Shown: piece by piece, positions 49,101 through 58,620 of the stretch
Position numbering within the stretch: position 1 is the stretch's first letter
Layout of the letters: every line of letters starts with the position of its first letter
Assembly: GCA_963666055.2 (NCBI GenBank)
Contig: CAXWPH010000015.1
Span: forward strand, 384,001-448,000
DNA length: 64,000 nt
DNA from: Acidobacteriota bacterium
Lineage (GTDB): Bacteria; Acidobacteriota; UBA890; WLXD01
Reading direction: 5' to 3'
Made by a program: the position numbers and the translations under genes
The notes under the pieces: generated by a model
Told to the model about the DNA's origin: nothing
Database searches by the model: none
The model's input: the letters and a program-made list of their open reading frames with translations, nothing else

Positions 49101-49463
49101 TCAGAAGTTCATGAGCTTGTCGCTCTCTGCCGCAAGCTCAGCGTAGCGCTTCGGATCGATGAACTCGGCGTTCTTTCCCTCAAGATCGGCCTCGAAGACC
49201 TCACGGGCCTTCGCGCAACCCCCTCAGACGTAGATCGGCACACCGTTATCGACGGCAAACTGGAATAGCTCCTTGAGCGGCGGCATGCCGACGCCAACGA
49301 GGCTCTCCCGCAGCCCGTCCTTGAGGATCACCGGACTGTCAACGGCCAACACGATACCGACATCGTGCCCGGCTTCTTTGGCCCCTTTGGCGATGTGGAA
49401 GGGCAAGCTTGCACGGGTAGGATCATCGGCCCCGTGAGTACCCGTGATCAGGAATTTTGCCAT
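49101..49463 (-). CDS. DsrE family protein, selenoprotein (Sec at 49224-49226, UxxC)
   Basis: MAKFLITGTHGADDPTRASLPF...VPIYV-U-GGCAKAREVFEADL...ESDKLMNF*; GGAGG RBS. Confidence 0.85.
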
Positions 49464-49493
49464 CGGACACCTCCCCTCTTCTGCCCCTACGTA

Positions 49494-49772
49494 CTAACAG
49501 GCCGTGGTGAAAGTGTGGTGGGTCTGGTTACGGCGAGTTGGGGCCAGATGCAAGGCGGCCTGACGCAGGCGATGCCCTAGCCATCGTCGAGGAAGGCCAA
49601 CACCGTAAATGGCCCCAAATCGCCGTAACCCTTCGGGCGACAGGGGGTTGCGCGCGTAGGCTGCGTCGTTCCTCGTCAACGATGCGGTAACCATCGCCTC
49701 CTCCTCTCTCCTTGCCTCCGCCCCGCAAGACCCTGTCGCCAGACCCACCACACTTTCACCACGGCCTGCTAG
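49494..49772. mobile_element. 279-bp MITE-like element, copy 3
   Basis: CTAA...CTAG flanks; same TIRs and internal arms as copy 1. Confidence 0.9.
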
Positions 49773-49868
49773 GGCGACACCTCAAGCTTGACTCCTGGCC
49801 GCTACCCCCGGCGAAATCGAGGACCTCATGCGGGTCGACTTCGTTGCGCAGTTGAGGGGAATCGGGTG

Positions 49869-50183
49869 CTAGTGCAGCGTGGTGCTCATGGCGTACCACC
49901 CCTCCTGGAACTCGCCGCACAGCGTCGCCACCAGCGGGTGGCTGATCGGCTGACCGCCGTCGTCCGGCTCGAGGTTTCGCTCGGCCACGTAGGTCGTGTG
50001 GTCAGCCCCGTCGACGAGCACGTGATACCACGGGCTGTCTTTCGGCGGGCAAGACCGCGCCACCATCTCGTACCACTCGTCGGCGCCTTGAAAGGTGGCG
50101 TCGACGTCGAAGATGACGCCACGGTAGTCGAACTTCGTGTGATGGACGATCTGGCCGACGAAGAACCTGGCGGTGTGCTCCAT
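49869..50183 (-). CDS. hspQ: Heat shock protein HspQ (YccV-like)
   Basis: ARFFVGQIVHH...YRGVIFDVD...PWYHVLVD...TYVAERNL...HP. Confidence 0.9.
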   Translation of the reverse strand: MEHTARFFVGQIVHHTKFDYRGVIFDVDATFQGADEWYEMVARSCPPKDSPWYHVLVDGADHTTYVAERNLEPDDGGQPISHPLVATLCGEFQEGWYAMSTTLH

Positions 50184-50521
50184 GACGCCGGTCACGTTAT
50201 CACCGCACGCCCCGTGCCGTCCTGAGTTTTCCTGAGTCGGTTGTTCATGTGGTCCTCTCCTGTTTTCTGTACTTCCTCAGCGAAACTCCCACGCCTTCCG
50301 CTTCGCCGGCTCGACAGGGTCCGAAGCGGGATTCTCCCGGTCTCATATTCGGTGACCACCAGGGTCTGTTGTTGTCGCGGTATACATTACCGTCCATTCC
50401 TGCGCCGTCACGTTGCCGCTGTCGGTTTGCCGACGCCAGAGTGGTGCTGGTGGCGCCGGGGACAACCCCGTTGCGCGTCGACCGACAACCCCGTCGGCGC
50501 CACCGCTCAAGGGAGACCACC

Positions 50522-51100
50522 ATGAGGTTGATGCGCGTTCCCGTCATGCCAGTCGCGGTCGCCTTGGCGGCCCTACTTTTGGCGGTTCCGAGCGTTGGAG
50601 AAGTCGTGCTTGAGGATTCCGCACTGCGGGTGGCCAACGTCTACCAGGCGAACCCGGCGCCGGAGATTTCCGCGCCGACAGCGCACATCAACGCTGCACA
50701 GGTTGGCTGGGAGAACATCGGCGCCATCACGCGCTGGAATACGGTCATTGGCGGCGACTCGATTCCCGACGACGACATGCAGGTAGGCCTCTGGGAGCTC
50801 GCGCCGCGGGCGATCTACGCCGGTCACGTTCACCCGGTACCGGAGTTCTACGTCGTCCTTGATGGGCAAGCCGAGTGGACCCTAGGCAGCGACACCTTCG
50901 TCGCCGAGCCGGGCGAGGTGGTCTACATCGCCCCGAATACGATGCACCGGATGGTGAACCTGACAGACGATCTGGTGCGGGCGGTCTGGGGCCGCTGGGC
51001 TCCGAACGGCGATCGCAGCGTGTTCGACGGCGAGTATCGGTTCGTGGAGCCGATTCCGGAACAACCACCTGAGGCAGTGTTCCCGCAGTCAGGGCAGTAA
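50522..51100 (+). CDS. Secreted cupin protein (DMSP-lyase-like motif)
   Basis: Signal peptide; YAGHVHPVPEFYVVLDGQAEW...PGEVVYIAPNTMH. Confidence 0.75.
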   Translation: MRLMRVPVMPVAVALAALLLAVPSVGEVVLEDSALRVANVYQANPAPEISAPTAHINAAQVGWENIGAITRWNTVIGGDSIPDDDMQVGLWELAPRAIYAGHVHPVPEFYVVLDGQAEWTLGSDTFVAEPGEVVYIAPNTMHRMVNLTDDLVRAVWGRWAPNGDRSVFDGEYRFVEPIPEQPPEAVFPQSGQ

Positions 51101-51390
51101 GACTGCGCTCAGGCAGCCTGTACACGCCGCGGTGGCCGGATGCGAGACCCCTCAACGCGAGACGCTCGCGCCGCTGTGATCTCGGGCCAGGCGGAGTACG
51201 CCCTTCTTCGTGCCAACCGTCGGGTTGAGCTCGATGACTACACGGAGCCATTCTGAGAGCGATCGGTGCGCCTGCCTGTATCCAGCGGCATTCCCGAGCT
51301 ACCGTTGATCCAATCGGGAGTTCGGGCTTTTGCCCAGGGTTCGGGTGGGCGCCGAACGGCTCAGCGGCGTTGGCTTGAAGGAGTCGAAGG

Positions 51391-52929
51391 ATGCGGAAAG
51401 CGACGTCATGTCGGTGGGCTTGGATAGCGATGGCCGCCCTGTCGACGCTGATCGGGTGTGGCTTGCAACCTCAGGAGCCTCCGCCGCGAGCGTCCTCGTC
51501 GGCGCTCGACGATGGCCTGTTGCGATGGGCGCTGCCGCCGGGAGCCGAGGCCTATGCGGACATCGACGGCAGGCGGCTGCACGAGTACGTGGTAGAGCAG
51601 GCGGCCATCTCACGCCGCTATCGCGACCAGGGACATCCTCGGTTCTGGGGCCGCATCACCGGTACCTCCGGCGACGCTGAGAGCGCCGCGTGGTTGGTCG
51701 CCAAATTAAGGGGGATCGGCTTGTCGGATGTGCACGCCCAACCACTCGACCTGGAGCCACAATGGATGCCACGGTCGTGGGCGGTCACGGTCACGGCAGG
51801 CGGCGAGACGATGGAGCTCGAATCGGCGCAGCCGGCCTACCGAGCGAACCCGACTCCCGCGCAGGGCCTGGATCTCGAAGCCGTGTACGTAGGTCTGGGC
51901 AGCGAGGCAGACTTCGCCGGCCGCGATGTTCGTGGCAAGGCCGTCTTTACCTTCAGGATGCCGTTGTCGAGCTCGGAAGAAGCGTTGCAACGGGCGGATT
52001 CTCGGGGCGCCGCGGCCGTCTTCAACGTCCCCATGCTGCCCGGGAACATGCGCTACCAGGCCTACCCCTCGGGGACCGTTGCGCCCGCGTTTAGCCTGGG
52101 AAGCGACGATGGCTATGCGGTCCGGGAGCTGATTGCACAGGCCTCGGATGGCGAGGCGCCGGGCGTCGCGATCAACCTCGACATCGAGCTGACGGCAGGC
52201 CTCGAAACCGCGCTCGTCTGGGCGACGCTGCCGGGGGCTACCGACGAGACCATCTACATCATGGCGCACCGCGATGGCTGGTTCGATGCTGCCGGCGATA
52301 ATGCCTCAGGGGTCGCCTCGATGATCGGCCTGGCGGAGCATTATGCTGAGATCCCAAGGGCCGAGCGGCGGCGAACGCTGGTGTTCGTCGGTCTGGATGG
52401 GCATCACAACAGCGGCCCTGGCCAAGGCGTCGGCAGAAGGTGGATGGTCGATCACAGAGACGAGCTCTTTGCCAAGGCCGCATTGGTGATCAACCTCGAA
52501 CATCCGTCGACGCTGCAGACGACCGTCCGCCCGCGGTACCACGGCACGGTGCAGACCGCCGACGGTCTGAGCTTTCGGGACAGCGACGAGATCGTCTGGG
52601 CCAACACCTACATGCCGCAGCAATGGTACGCGGGCGGACCCACGCGACCCCAGCTTCAGGCGATCGCCGTGCAGGCATTTCGTGAGTTCGGAGTCAGCAC
52701 CTATCTCGAGCCGAACCCAGTGCCACCGGCCGGTGATCTGGGCCGCTTCTGGCAGTTCGTTCCCGGGCTGGCAACCAGCGAGTTCTACCACTACTTCCAC
52801 TCCGACCTGGAGACGCCGGAGACGGTGCCGTGGACCGGGCTCGAGGCCTCGACACGCGCGCACGCACGGATTATCGACGAGGTGAACAAGCTCGAGCTCA
52901 GCGACCTGCAACGACCGGCAGAGCCCTGA
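51391..52929 (+). CDS. M28 family peptidase (PA domain), lipoprotein
   Basis: Lipobox LIGC; AHRDGWFDAAGDNASG, YFHSD; paralogue of 13440-14994. Confidence 0.85.
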   Translation: MRKATSCRWAWIAMAALSTLIGCGLQPQEPPPRASSSALDDGLLRWALPPGAEAYADIDGRRLHEYVVEQAAISRRYRDQGHPRFWGRITGTSGDAESAAWLVAKLRGIGLSDVHAQPLDLEPQWMPRSWAVTVTAGGETMELESAQPAYRANPTPAQGLDLEAVYVGLGSEADFAGRDVRGKAVFTFRMPLSSSEEALQRADSRGAAAVFNVPMLPGNMRYQAYPSGTVAPAFSLGSDDGYAVRELIAQASDGEAPGVAINLDIELTAGLETALVWATLPGATDETIYIMAHRDGWFDAAGDNASGVASMIGLAEHYAEIPRAERRRTLVFVGLDGHHNSGPGQGVGRRWMVDHRDELFAKAALVINLEHPSTLQTTVRPRYHGTVQTADGLSFRDSDEIVWANTYMPQQWYAGGPTRPQLQAIAVQAFREFGVSTYLEPNPVPPAGDLGRFWQFVPGLATSEFYHYFHSDLETPETVPWTGLEASTRAHARIIDEVNKLELSDLQRPAEP

Positions 52930-52961
52930 GATCGATCTCCGTTGAAACAAGGAGCCTGAAG

Positions 52962-53765
52962 ATGCCGATTACTCGCTTCAACGAAAGGAACACTTGTCAC
53001 GCTCGGCGCCGAAACCGGACCCACGCGACCGCCAGACTCCTCGGCCGTGCGATGGTTGCCGCCCTTATCGCCGGGATACCGGCGATCGGTATCGCCGCGC
53101 AGCAGGTGGGCGTGTTCTACCCCGACATCCCCGGTGAGCTGTTGCTCGAGAACGAGTACGTCATCGTGCAGAGGTTCATCATCGAGCCGGGGCAGTGGGA
53201 GGGGATTCACTCCCATCCGGGCAACCAGATCGCGGTGCGCGTCAAAGGCGGCCTTTGGGCCGGACGCCGCGGTGGCCGCGAGGTGTACAGGATGACCGAG
53301 CCTTTGAAGGATGGCTCGGTCGGATGGATGGAGGCCATCGATATCTCCGAACAGCACGACTCGGGCAACGTCGGAGATACGCCAATCGACCTCATCTGGA
53401 TCACCCTGAAGTCCTGTGAGCCGGGGTCGAACCACGACGTCGGTCAGTTCTATCCGAACGTTCCGGGCGAAGTACTCCTCGAGAACGAGCGCGTCGTCGT
53501 GCAGCGGTTCGTTACCCAGCCAGGCCAGTGGCAGGGAGTCCATTCCCACCCTGGCAACCAGGTCTTCGTCCACACAAGGGGCGGCGAATGGACCATCCGC
53601 AGGGGTGCGCGCGAGACCGTTTCGGATGCCGAGACCGGCTCGGCTGGCTGGTGGGAACGCGTCGATATGAGCGAAGAGCACGATACCGCCAACAGCGGCG
53701 ATACTCCCATCGAGCACATCTTGGTCAACCTCAAGCCGTGCGGATCACTCGACAGCGGCAACTAG
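52962..53765 (+). CDS. Secreted tandem cupin protein
   Basis: Two units LLENExVxVQRF...PGQWxGxHSHPGNQ; paralogue of 37068-37862. Confidence 0.8.
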   Translation: MPITRFNERNTCHARRRNRTHATARLLGRAMVAALIAGIPAIGIAAQQVGVFYPDIPGELLLENEYVIVQRFIIEPGQWEGIHSHPGNQIAVRVKGGLWAGRRGGREVYRMTEPLKDGSVGWMEAIDISEQHDSGNVGDTPIDLIWITLKSCEPGSNHDVGQFYPNVPGEVLLENERVVVQRFVTQPGQWQGVHSHPGNQVFVHTRGGEWTIRRGARETVSDAETGSAGWWERVDMSEEHDTANSGDTPIEHILVNLKPCGSLDSGN

Positions 53766-53855
53766 CGGATCGATCAACGTCGCTGTCAGCCTTCCTGTGC
53801 CGATGGACCCGTTGCGTCTTGAGCCGAGTCTCGCGAGCCTGCCCAACCTCTCCCT

Positions 53856-53913
53856 TGGATCCTCGCACGCTCCGGCGATAGGCTTCAGGCGCTGACCCCC
53901 CTCTGGGAACGCT
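53856..53913 (+). promoter_or_regulatory. Conserved kinase-gene promoter/leader
   Basis: TGGATC-17-TAGGCT-TCAGGCGCT. Confidence 0.65.
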
Positions 53914-56631
53914 ATGGAACCCGGTACCCGATTAGGCCACTACGAGATCCTTGCTCCGCTTGGTGCGGGCGGCATGGGCGAGGTGTACCGCGCTCGCGAC
54001 ACGACGCTCGAGCGCGATGTGGCCGTCAAGGTACTGGCCGCTGAGTTTGTTGCCGACCCCAGCTATCTGGCTCGGCTAGAGCGAGAGGCAAAGCTTCTGG
54101 CGGGGCTCAACCATCCGAACATCGCGACAATCCACAGCCTCGAGCAGGCCGCGGGCAGGCGCTTCCTCGTGCTCGAGCTGGTCGAAGGGGAATCACTCCG
54201 CCAGCGGCTCGCCAACGGACCCCTGCCGGTCGACAAGGCGCTCGATCTGTGCGTGCAGATCGCCCAGGGCCTGGAAGCCGCCCACGGTGCGGGCATCGTT
54301 CACCGTGACCTCAAGCCTGACAACGTGCTCATCACACCTCAGGGGCGCGCCAAGCTGCTCGATTTCGGTATCGCCAAGAGCACGGAGGTCAGTCCGGAGC
54401 TCACCGAGACAGCCCGGGCAACCGACCTGACCGTAGCAGGAACGCTCGTCGGGACACCTCCCTATATGAGTCCCGAACAAATACGCGGCGAGGCAATCGA
54501 CAAGCGCGCCGATATCTGGGCCTTCGGCTGCCTGTTGTACGAAACCCTGACAGCAACGCGTGCTTTTGCGCGTGAGACGCTGGCCGACACTCTCGCGGCG
54601 ATCGTGGATCGGGAGCCGGACTGGACCTGCCTCCCGAACTCTGTGCCCCCGCTAGCACGATCCGTGATGCAGAGATGCCTGCGGAAGGAGCGGAGCCAGC
54701 GGCTCCATGACATCGCCGATGCCCGGATCGACATCCAAGAGGCGCTAGCGGAACCCGGCGGCGACGCACACCGCGGCCGTCCCGAGACCGTCGCAACCAC
54801 CGTGCCTGACCGGCAAAGCGCCACTCGCATCGTCGGCGTCGTCATGGTGCTGGCGGCGGTGCTCCTGGGCGCCCTCGTCGGTTCACGATTCACCCGCCCG
54901 GAGCCAGGAGCTGTAGAGCGTTTCGTCCTCACAGCGCCGCCGAGCGAAACCGCGGCGACCGACAGAAACACTACAGATCTCGCCGTCTCCCCTGATGGCA
55001 CGCGCGTCGTCTATCGGTCGGCGCTGCAAGACAGCCTCTATTTGCGCGCTGTGGACCAGCTCCAAGGTGCCCTGTTGCGAGACACCGAGAGCGGCGCGGC
55101 CCCGTTTTTCTCCCCCGACGGCAACTGGGTGGGCTTCCGTTCTCGGGATCGTCAGGCGCTGATGAAGGCACCCGTGCTCGGTGGGCCCGCTCAGACCATC
55201 TGCCCTCTGTTATCTGAGCTGCGCGGCGCCAGCTGGGGAGCCGATGGCACCATCATATTTGCGGAGCGCGCCAGCGGCGGACTGCTGCGTGTCTCGGCTG
55301 CCGGCGGAGAGCCCGAAGTGTTGACCGTGCCCGATGCGGCAGCCGGCGAGATTTTCCACCGCTGGCCGCAGATCTTGCCGGGTGGCGAGGCAGTGCTCTA
55401 CACCAGCTCGCGTGGTGGCAGGACCGAGGACAGAAGTATCGCGCTGTTGACCCTGGCGACCGGAGATCACCTGTCCCTGGTTCCTCTGGGCAGCAATCCG
55501 CACTACTCGGCGACGGGACACATCGTCTTTGGCCTCGAGGGAACGTTGCGCGCCGTGCGCTTTGATCTCGGTCGGCTCGAGGTCACGGATGAGCCCGTTC
55601 GAGTGCTGGAAGACGTAATGACCAAGAGTGGAACAAGGGGCCGAGCGGGGCGCCAGGCCGGCGCGGCGAACTTCGCTCTGGCCAACAACGGATCGCTCGT
55701 CTACATATCGAGCGACGCCCAAACCCCGAAACGGACATTGGTGTGGGTAGACCGTCAGGGACAAGAGGAGGCTCTGTCTGCAGACCCGCGGATGTACCAG
55801 ATAGCTCGCATCTCACCGGATGGAACAGTCGTGGCGCTTGATTCGCGCGATGAGGAAAACGACATCTGGATCTGGAGCCTGCTCAGCCATGGACCTTTGG
55901 CGAGGCTTACATTCGACCGCACTCCCGACTTCGCTCCCGCCTGGGCTCCGGATGGGCGGGTGTTGTTCAGTTCGCGCCGTCATGGACCCGCCCAGATATT
56001 CGCGCGTTCTCCGGACGGTAGTGGCACCGCGGAGCAGCTGACCGATCTTCCGAACGACCTGTATCTCGACGACGTTTCGCCAGACGGCGGATCCATTTTG
56101 GCCCGCGTCCTGAGGGCTGACACGGGGTGGGATATCGTCCTCGTGACGCTGGGTGACGAGGGTTCGATTGACCGTCTGGTGGAGAGTCCTGCCCAAGAGA
56201 GGTACCCGAGATTCTCACCCGATGGCCGCTGGCTCGCCTATCAATCCGACGAATCGGGCCAGGACGAGATCTACGTGGTTCCGTTTCCTGACGTCGACGG
56301 TGGCAAGAGAGAAGTTTCGCACGGCGGCGGCATGAGCCCGGTGTGGAATCCGCAGGGCGGCGAGCTCTTCTATCGCGCTCTGGATGGGCGTGTGATGGCC
56401 GTTCCGATCGTCGCCGAGGGCACCACGCTGACATTCGGGAGCGCCGAGGTCCTGTGGGACAACTCCTACTACCTGGGCTTGGGACGATCGTACGACGTCG
56501 CTGAAGACGGCGAGCGGTTGCTGATGATCAAAGATGATCCTTCGCTGGCGGCGCGCCGAGGTGCGGCCGACATCGTGATCGTGCGCAACTGGTTCGAGCA
56601 GCTGAAGCGTCTCGTGCCGACGGGCCCGTAG
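53914..56631 (+). CDS. Ser/Thr kinase - TM - TolB/PD40 propeller (kinase C, intact)
   Basis: HRDLKPDN, DFG, YMSPE, SPDG repeats, NWFEQLKRLVP tail. Confidence 0.92.
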   Translation: MEPGTRLGHYEILAPLGAGGMGEVYRARDTTLERDVAVKVLAAEFVADPSYLARLEREAKLLAGLNHPNIATIHSLEQAAGRRFLVLELVEGESLRQRLANGPLPVDKALDLCVQIAQGLEAAHGAGIVHRDLKPDNVLITPQGRAKLLDFGIAKSTEVSPELTETARATDLTVAGTLVGTPPYMSPEQIRGEAIDKRADIWAFGCLLYETLTATRAFARETLADTLAAIVDREPDWTCLPNSVPPLARSVMQRCLRKERSQRLHDIADARIDIQEALAEPGGDAHRGRPETVATTVPDRQSATRIVGVVMVLAAVLLGALVGSRFTRPEPGAVERFVLTAPPSETAATDRNTTDLAVSPDGTRVVYRSALQDSLYLRAVDQLQGALLRDTESGAAPFFSPDGNWVGFRSRDRQALMKAPVLGGPAQTICPLLSELRGASWGADGTIIFAERASGGLLRVSAAGGEPEVLTVPDAAAGEIFHRWPQILPGGEAVLYTSSRGGRTEDRSIALLTLATGDHLSLVPLGSNPHYSATGHIVFGLEGTLRAVRFDLGRLEVTDEPVRVLEDVMTKSGTRGRAGRQAGAANFALANNGSLVYISSDAQTPKRTLVWVDRQGQEEALSADPRMYQIARISPDGTVVALDSRDEENDIWIWSLLSHGPLARLTFDRTPDFAPAWAPDGRVLFSSRRHGPAQIFARSPDGSGTAEQLTDLPNDLYLDDVSPDGGSILARVLRADTGWDIVLVTLGDEGSIDRLVESPAQERYPRFSPDGRWLAYQSDESGQDEIYVVPFPDVDGGKREVSHGGGMSPVWNPQGGELFYRALDGRVMAVPIVAEGTTLTFGSAEVLWDNSYYLGLGRSYDVAEDGERLLMIKDDPSLAARRGAADIVIVRNWFEQLKRLVPTGP

Positions 56632-56823
56632 CGTTCCCAGCCGAGTCTCGGGAGTGGTACGCCGACTCCCGCGTTGCGCAGGCCGCTGAATCTGGAGCCA
56701 TCCAACCAGATATTTGACTGCCACCGTTACGCTGCGAGGGCGCGCATGCTCCTTCTCATTCGAGGTGCCCGACAGCGATGGGGTTCGCGTGGACCTCGGC
56801 GAGATCGTCTGCCGCCTGGAGCG

Positions 56824-56848
56824 CTAGCAGGCCGTGGTGAAAGTGTGG
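56824..56848 (+). repeat. Orphan MITE end
   Basis: CTAGCAGGCCGTGGTGAAAGTGTGG, identical to the first 25 nt of the TIR. Confidence 0.8.
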
Positions 56849-57145
56849 GGGTGCTCAACGTTCATCGGCGCTTACGCCACGCACCAGTAAGCAAGCATAG
56901 ACTTAGTTCCCCTCGCAGATCTGCGTAGGACCAACGGTCGTGTAAGCTCCCGCGGTTACGTCGCTCCGGCGCCATTTGCTATGGGTCACAATGCCAGCCA
57001 GGACACTCCAACCAGGCTCAGGACTTAGTGGGTGCGAGCCCGTCGGGGTCCAAGTTGCTCCCTGGGCGCACCATGCCGGATCGAGCGGCACCCCGTGGCT
57101 GTTGTCGCGGCTCTCGGGGCCAGCGCGAGCTTGTCGGTAGGCAGC

Positions 57146-58114
57146 ATGCGGCGCCGACTCGACCTCACCCTCCGCCTCGGCGTCAGCTTCGGCCTCGTCG
57201 CCTTCGTGCTCTGGCGCGCCGGCCTCGGCGACGTGGTCGCCATTCTGGGACGCATCTCGCTGGCAGGAGGCGTCGTCGTGATCCTGCTACACACGGGCGA
57301 TCGTTTGCTGATGGCCTACAAATGGCGCCGGTTGCTGCTCGCCAAGGGCGTCGACGTCGGGTTTGGCGAAGCCACCCGTGCGTACTACGTTGCGTCGTTC
57401 GCGAGCATCTTCCTACCCATGACGGTGGGCGCCGACATCGTGCGCGTCACCGTCATGCGCGGCAGCCGTGCCAGCACCGAGACGGTGATCGCCTCCATCG
57501 CGCTGGAGCGCGCCCTGGGTGCGCTGTCACAGGCGGTATTCTGCGCCTTCAGCGTGGCGCTCATCGTCGCGCTCCAGATGCAGGTACCGGTCGAGAGCTC
57601 GACGTTGACAATCGTCGCGGCCGCGGCAGTGCTGGTGCTCAGCTTGAGCTTGCCAATGTCATTCAAGATCGCCGCCAGCGCCCAGGCGCGGCTCAGCCAA
57701 CGTTCTGGTTTGAGCGGCAAGCTCGGTGTCCTGGCTGGCGAATACGCGAGCTGGCAAGATCACCCGCGCGAGATATGGATCTTCCTGCTGCTCACGCTCC
57801 TGGAAGGCCTCTTCCCGATCGTCACCTACCTGGCAGCGGCAGCCGCGCTCGATGTACCGACCACCGCCGTCGAGATGGCGGCGATCGTTCCGGTCGTTTA
57901 TCTGGTGGCACGGCTCCCGATCTCGGCGGCCGGCGTCGGCGTCGAGCAGGGAGGCTTTGCCTATGCGGCCACTTGGCTCGGGGTGATGGCGCACGCCCCA
58001 GCAGCGGCGATCTCGTTCTTGGTATCGCCGATCACGTTATTGATCGCGCTGCTTCCTGGCCTTGCCGCGTGGATCAGAGCGCGCCGCTCGAGCGCCACGG
58101 CCTGCCGGCACTAG
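57146..58114 (+). CDS. Lysylphosphatidylglycerol synthase TM / flippase-like domain protein
   Basis: KWRRLL, FLPMTVGADIVR, LER, LPISAAGVGVEQ; many TM segments. Confidence 0.85.
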   Translation: MRRRLDLTLRLGVSFGLVAFVLWRAGLGDVVAILGRISLAGGVVVILLHTGDRLLMAYKWRRLLLAKGVDVGFGEATRAYYVASFASIFLPMTVGADIVRVTVMRGSRASTETVIASIALERALGALSQAVFCAFSVALIVALQMQVPVESSTLTIVAAAAVLVLSLSLPMSFKIAASAQARLSQRSGLSGKLGVLAGEYASWQDHPREIWIFLLLTLLEGLFPIVTYLAAAAALDVPTTAVEMAAIVPVVYLVARLPISAAGVGVEQGGFAYAATWLGVMAHAPAAAISFLVSPITLLIALLPGLAAWIRARRSSATACRH

Positions 58115-58620
58115 CCCTCGGCGGCCGCGCCCTGCGTTCCCATCATATGGCGGACGTAGTGCTCCACCTGCAGGACGTTCTGTGACATCTCGATCACATC
58201 GATCAGCTTGCCGAACGAGGCCTCTTCTTCGACCTGCTCGGTGACGAACCACTGCAGGAACTGAAACGTGGCGTAGTCTTTCTTGCCCTGGGCAATATGG
58301 ACGAGCTCGTGGATCGCTCGAGTCACTGCCTGCTCCTGCCTGAGCGACGTCTTGAAGACATCGGTGACCGACGTGTAGCTTGCCTTCGGACGAGTCAACG
58401 CCGGGATCGATGGCGTTTTCCCGACTTCCTGAAGATAGGACACCAGTTTCATGGCGTGGCCTCGCTCCTCTCCGGCCTGTCGGTGAAAGAATGCCGCCAG
58501 GTACTCGAGGCTGCGGCCCTCCAGATACACGGCCATCGCGAGGTAGTTGTGGCTTGCCTGCAGTTCTCGCGCCACCTGCGCATTGAGCGCCTTTTCCATC
58601 GCCGCCGTGACCTTCGCCAT
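58111..58620 (-). CDS. ftnA: Ferritin
   Basis: ALNAQVARE...YLAMA...EERGHA...FLQWFVTEQVEEE. Confidence 0.9.
   Translation of the reverse strand: MAKVTAAMEKALNAQVARELQASHNYLAMAVYLEGRSLEYLAAFFHRQAGEERGHAMKLVSYLQEVGKTPSIPALTRPKASYTSVTDVFKTSLRQEQAVTRAIHELVHIAQGKKDYATFQFLQWFVTEQVEEEASFGKLIDVIEMSQNVLQVEHYVRHMMGTQGAAAEG

Noticed and set aside
19525-49772. Repeats as a CRISPR array
   Set aside because: The copies are dispersed and TIR-bounded, with no regular repeat-spacer pattern and no cas genes.
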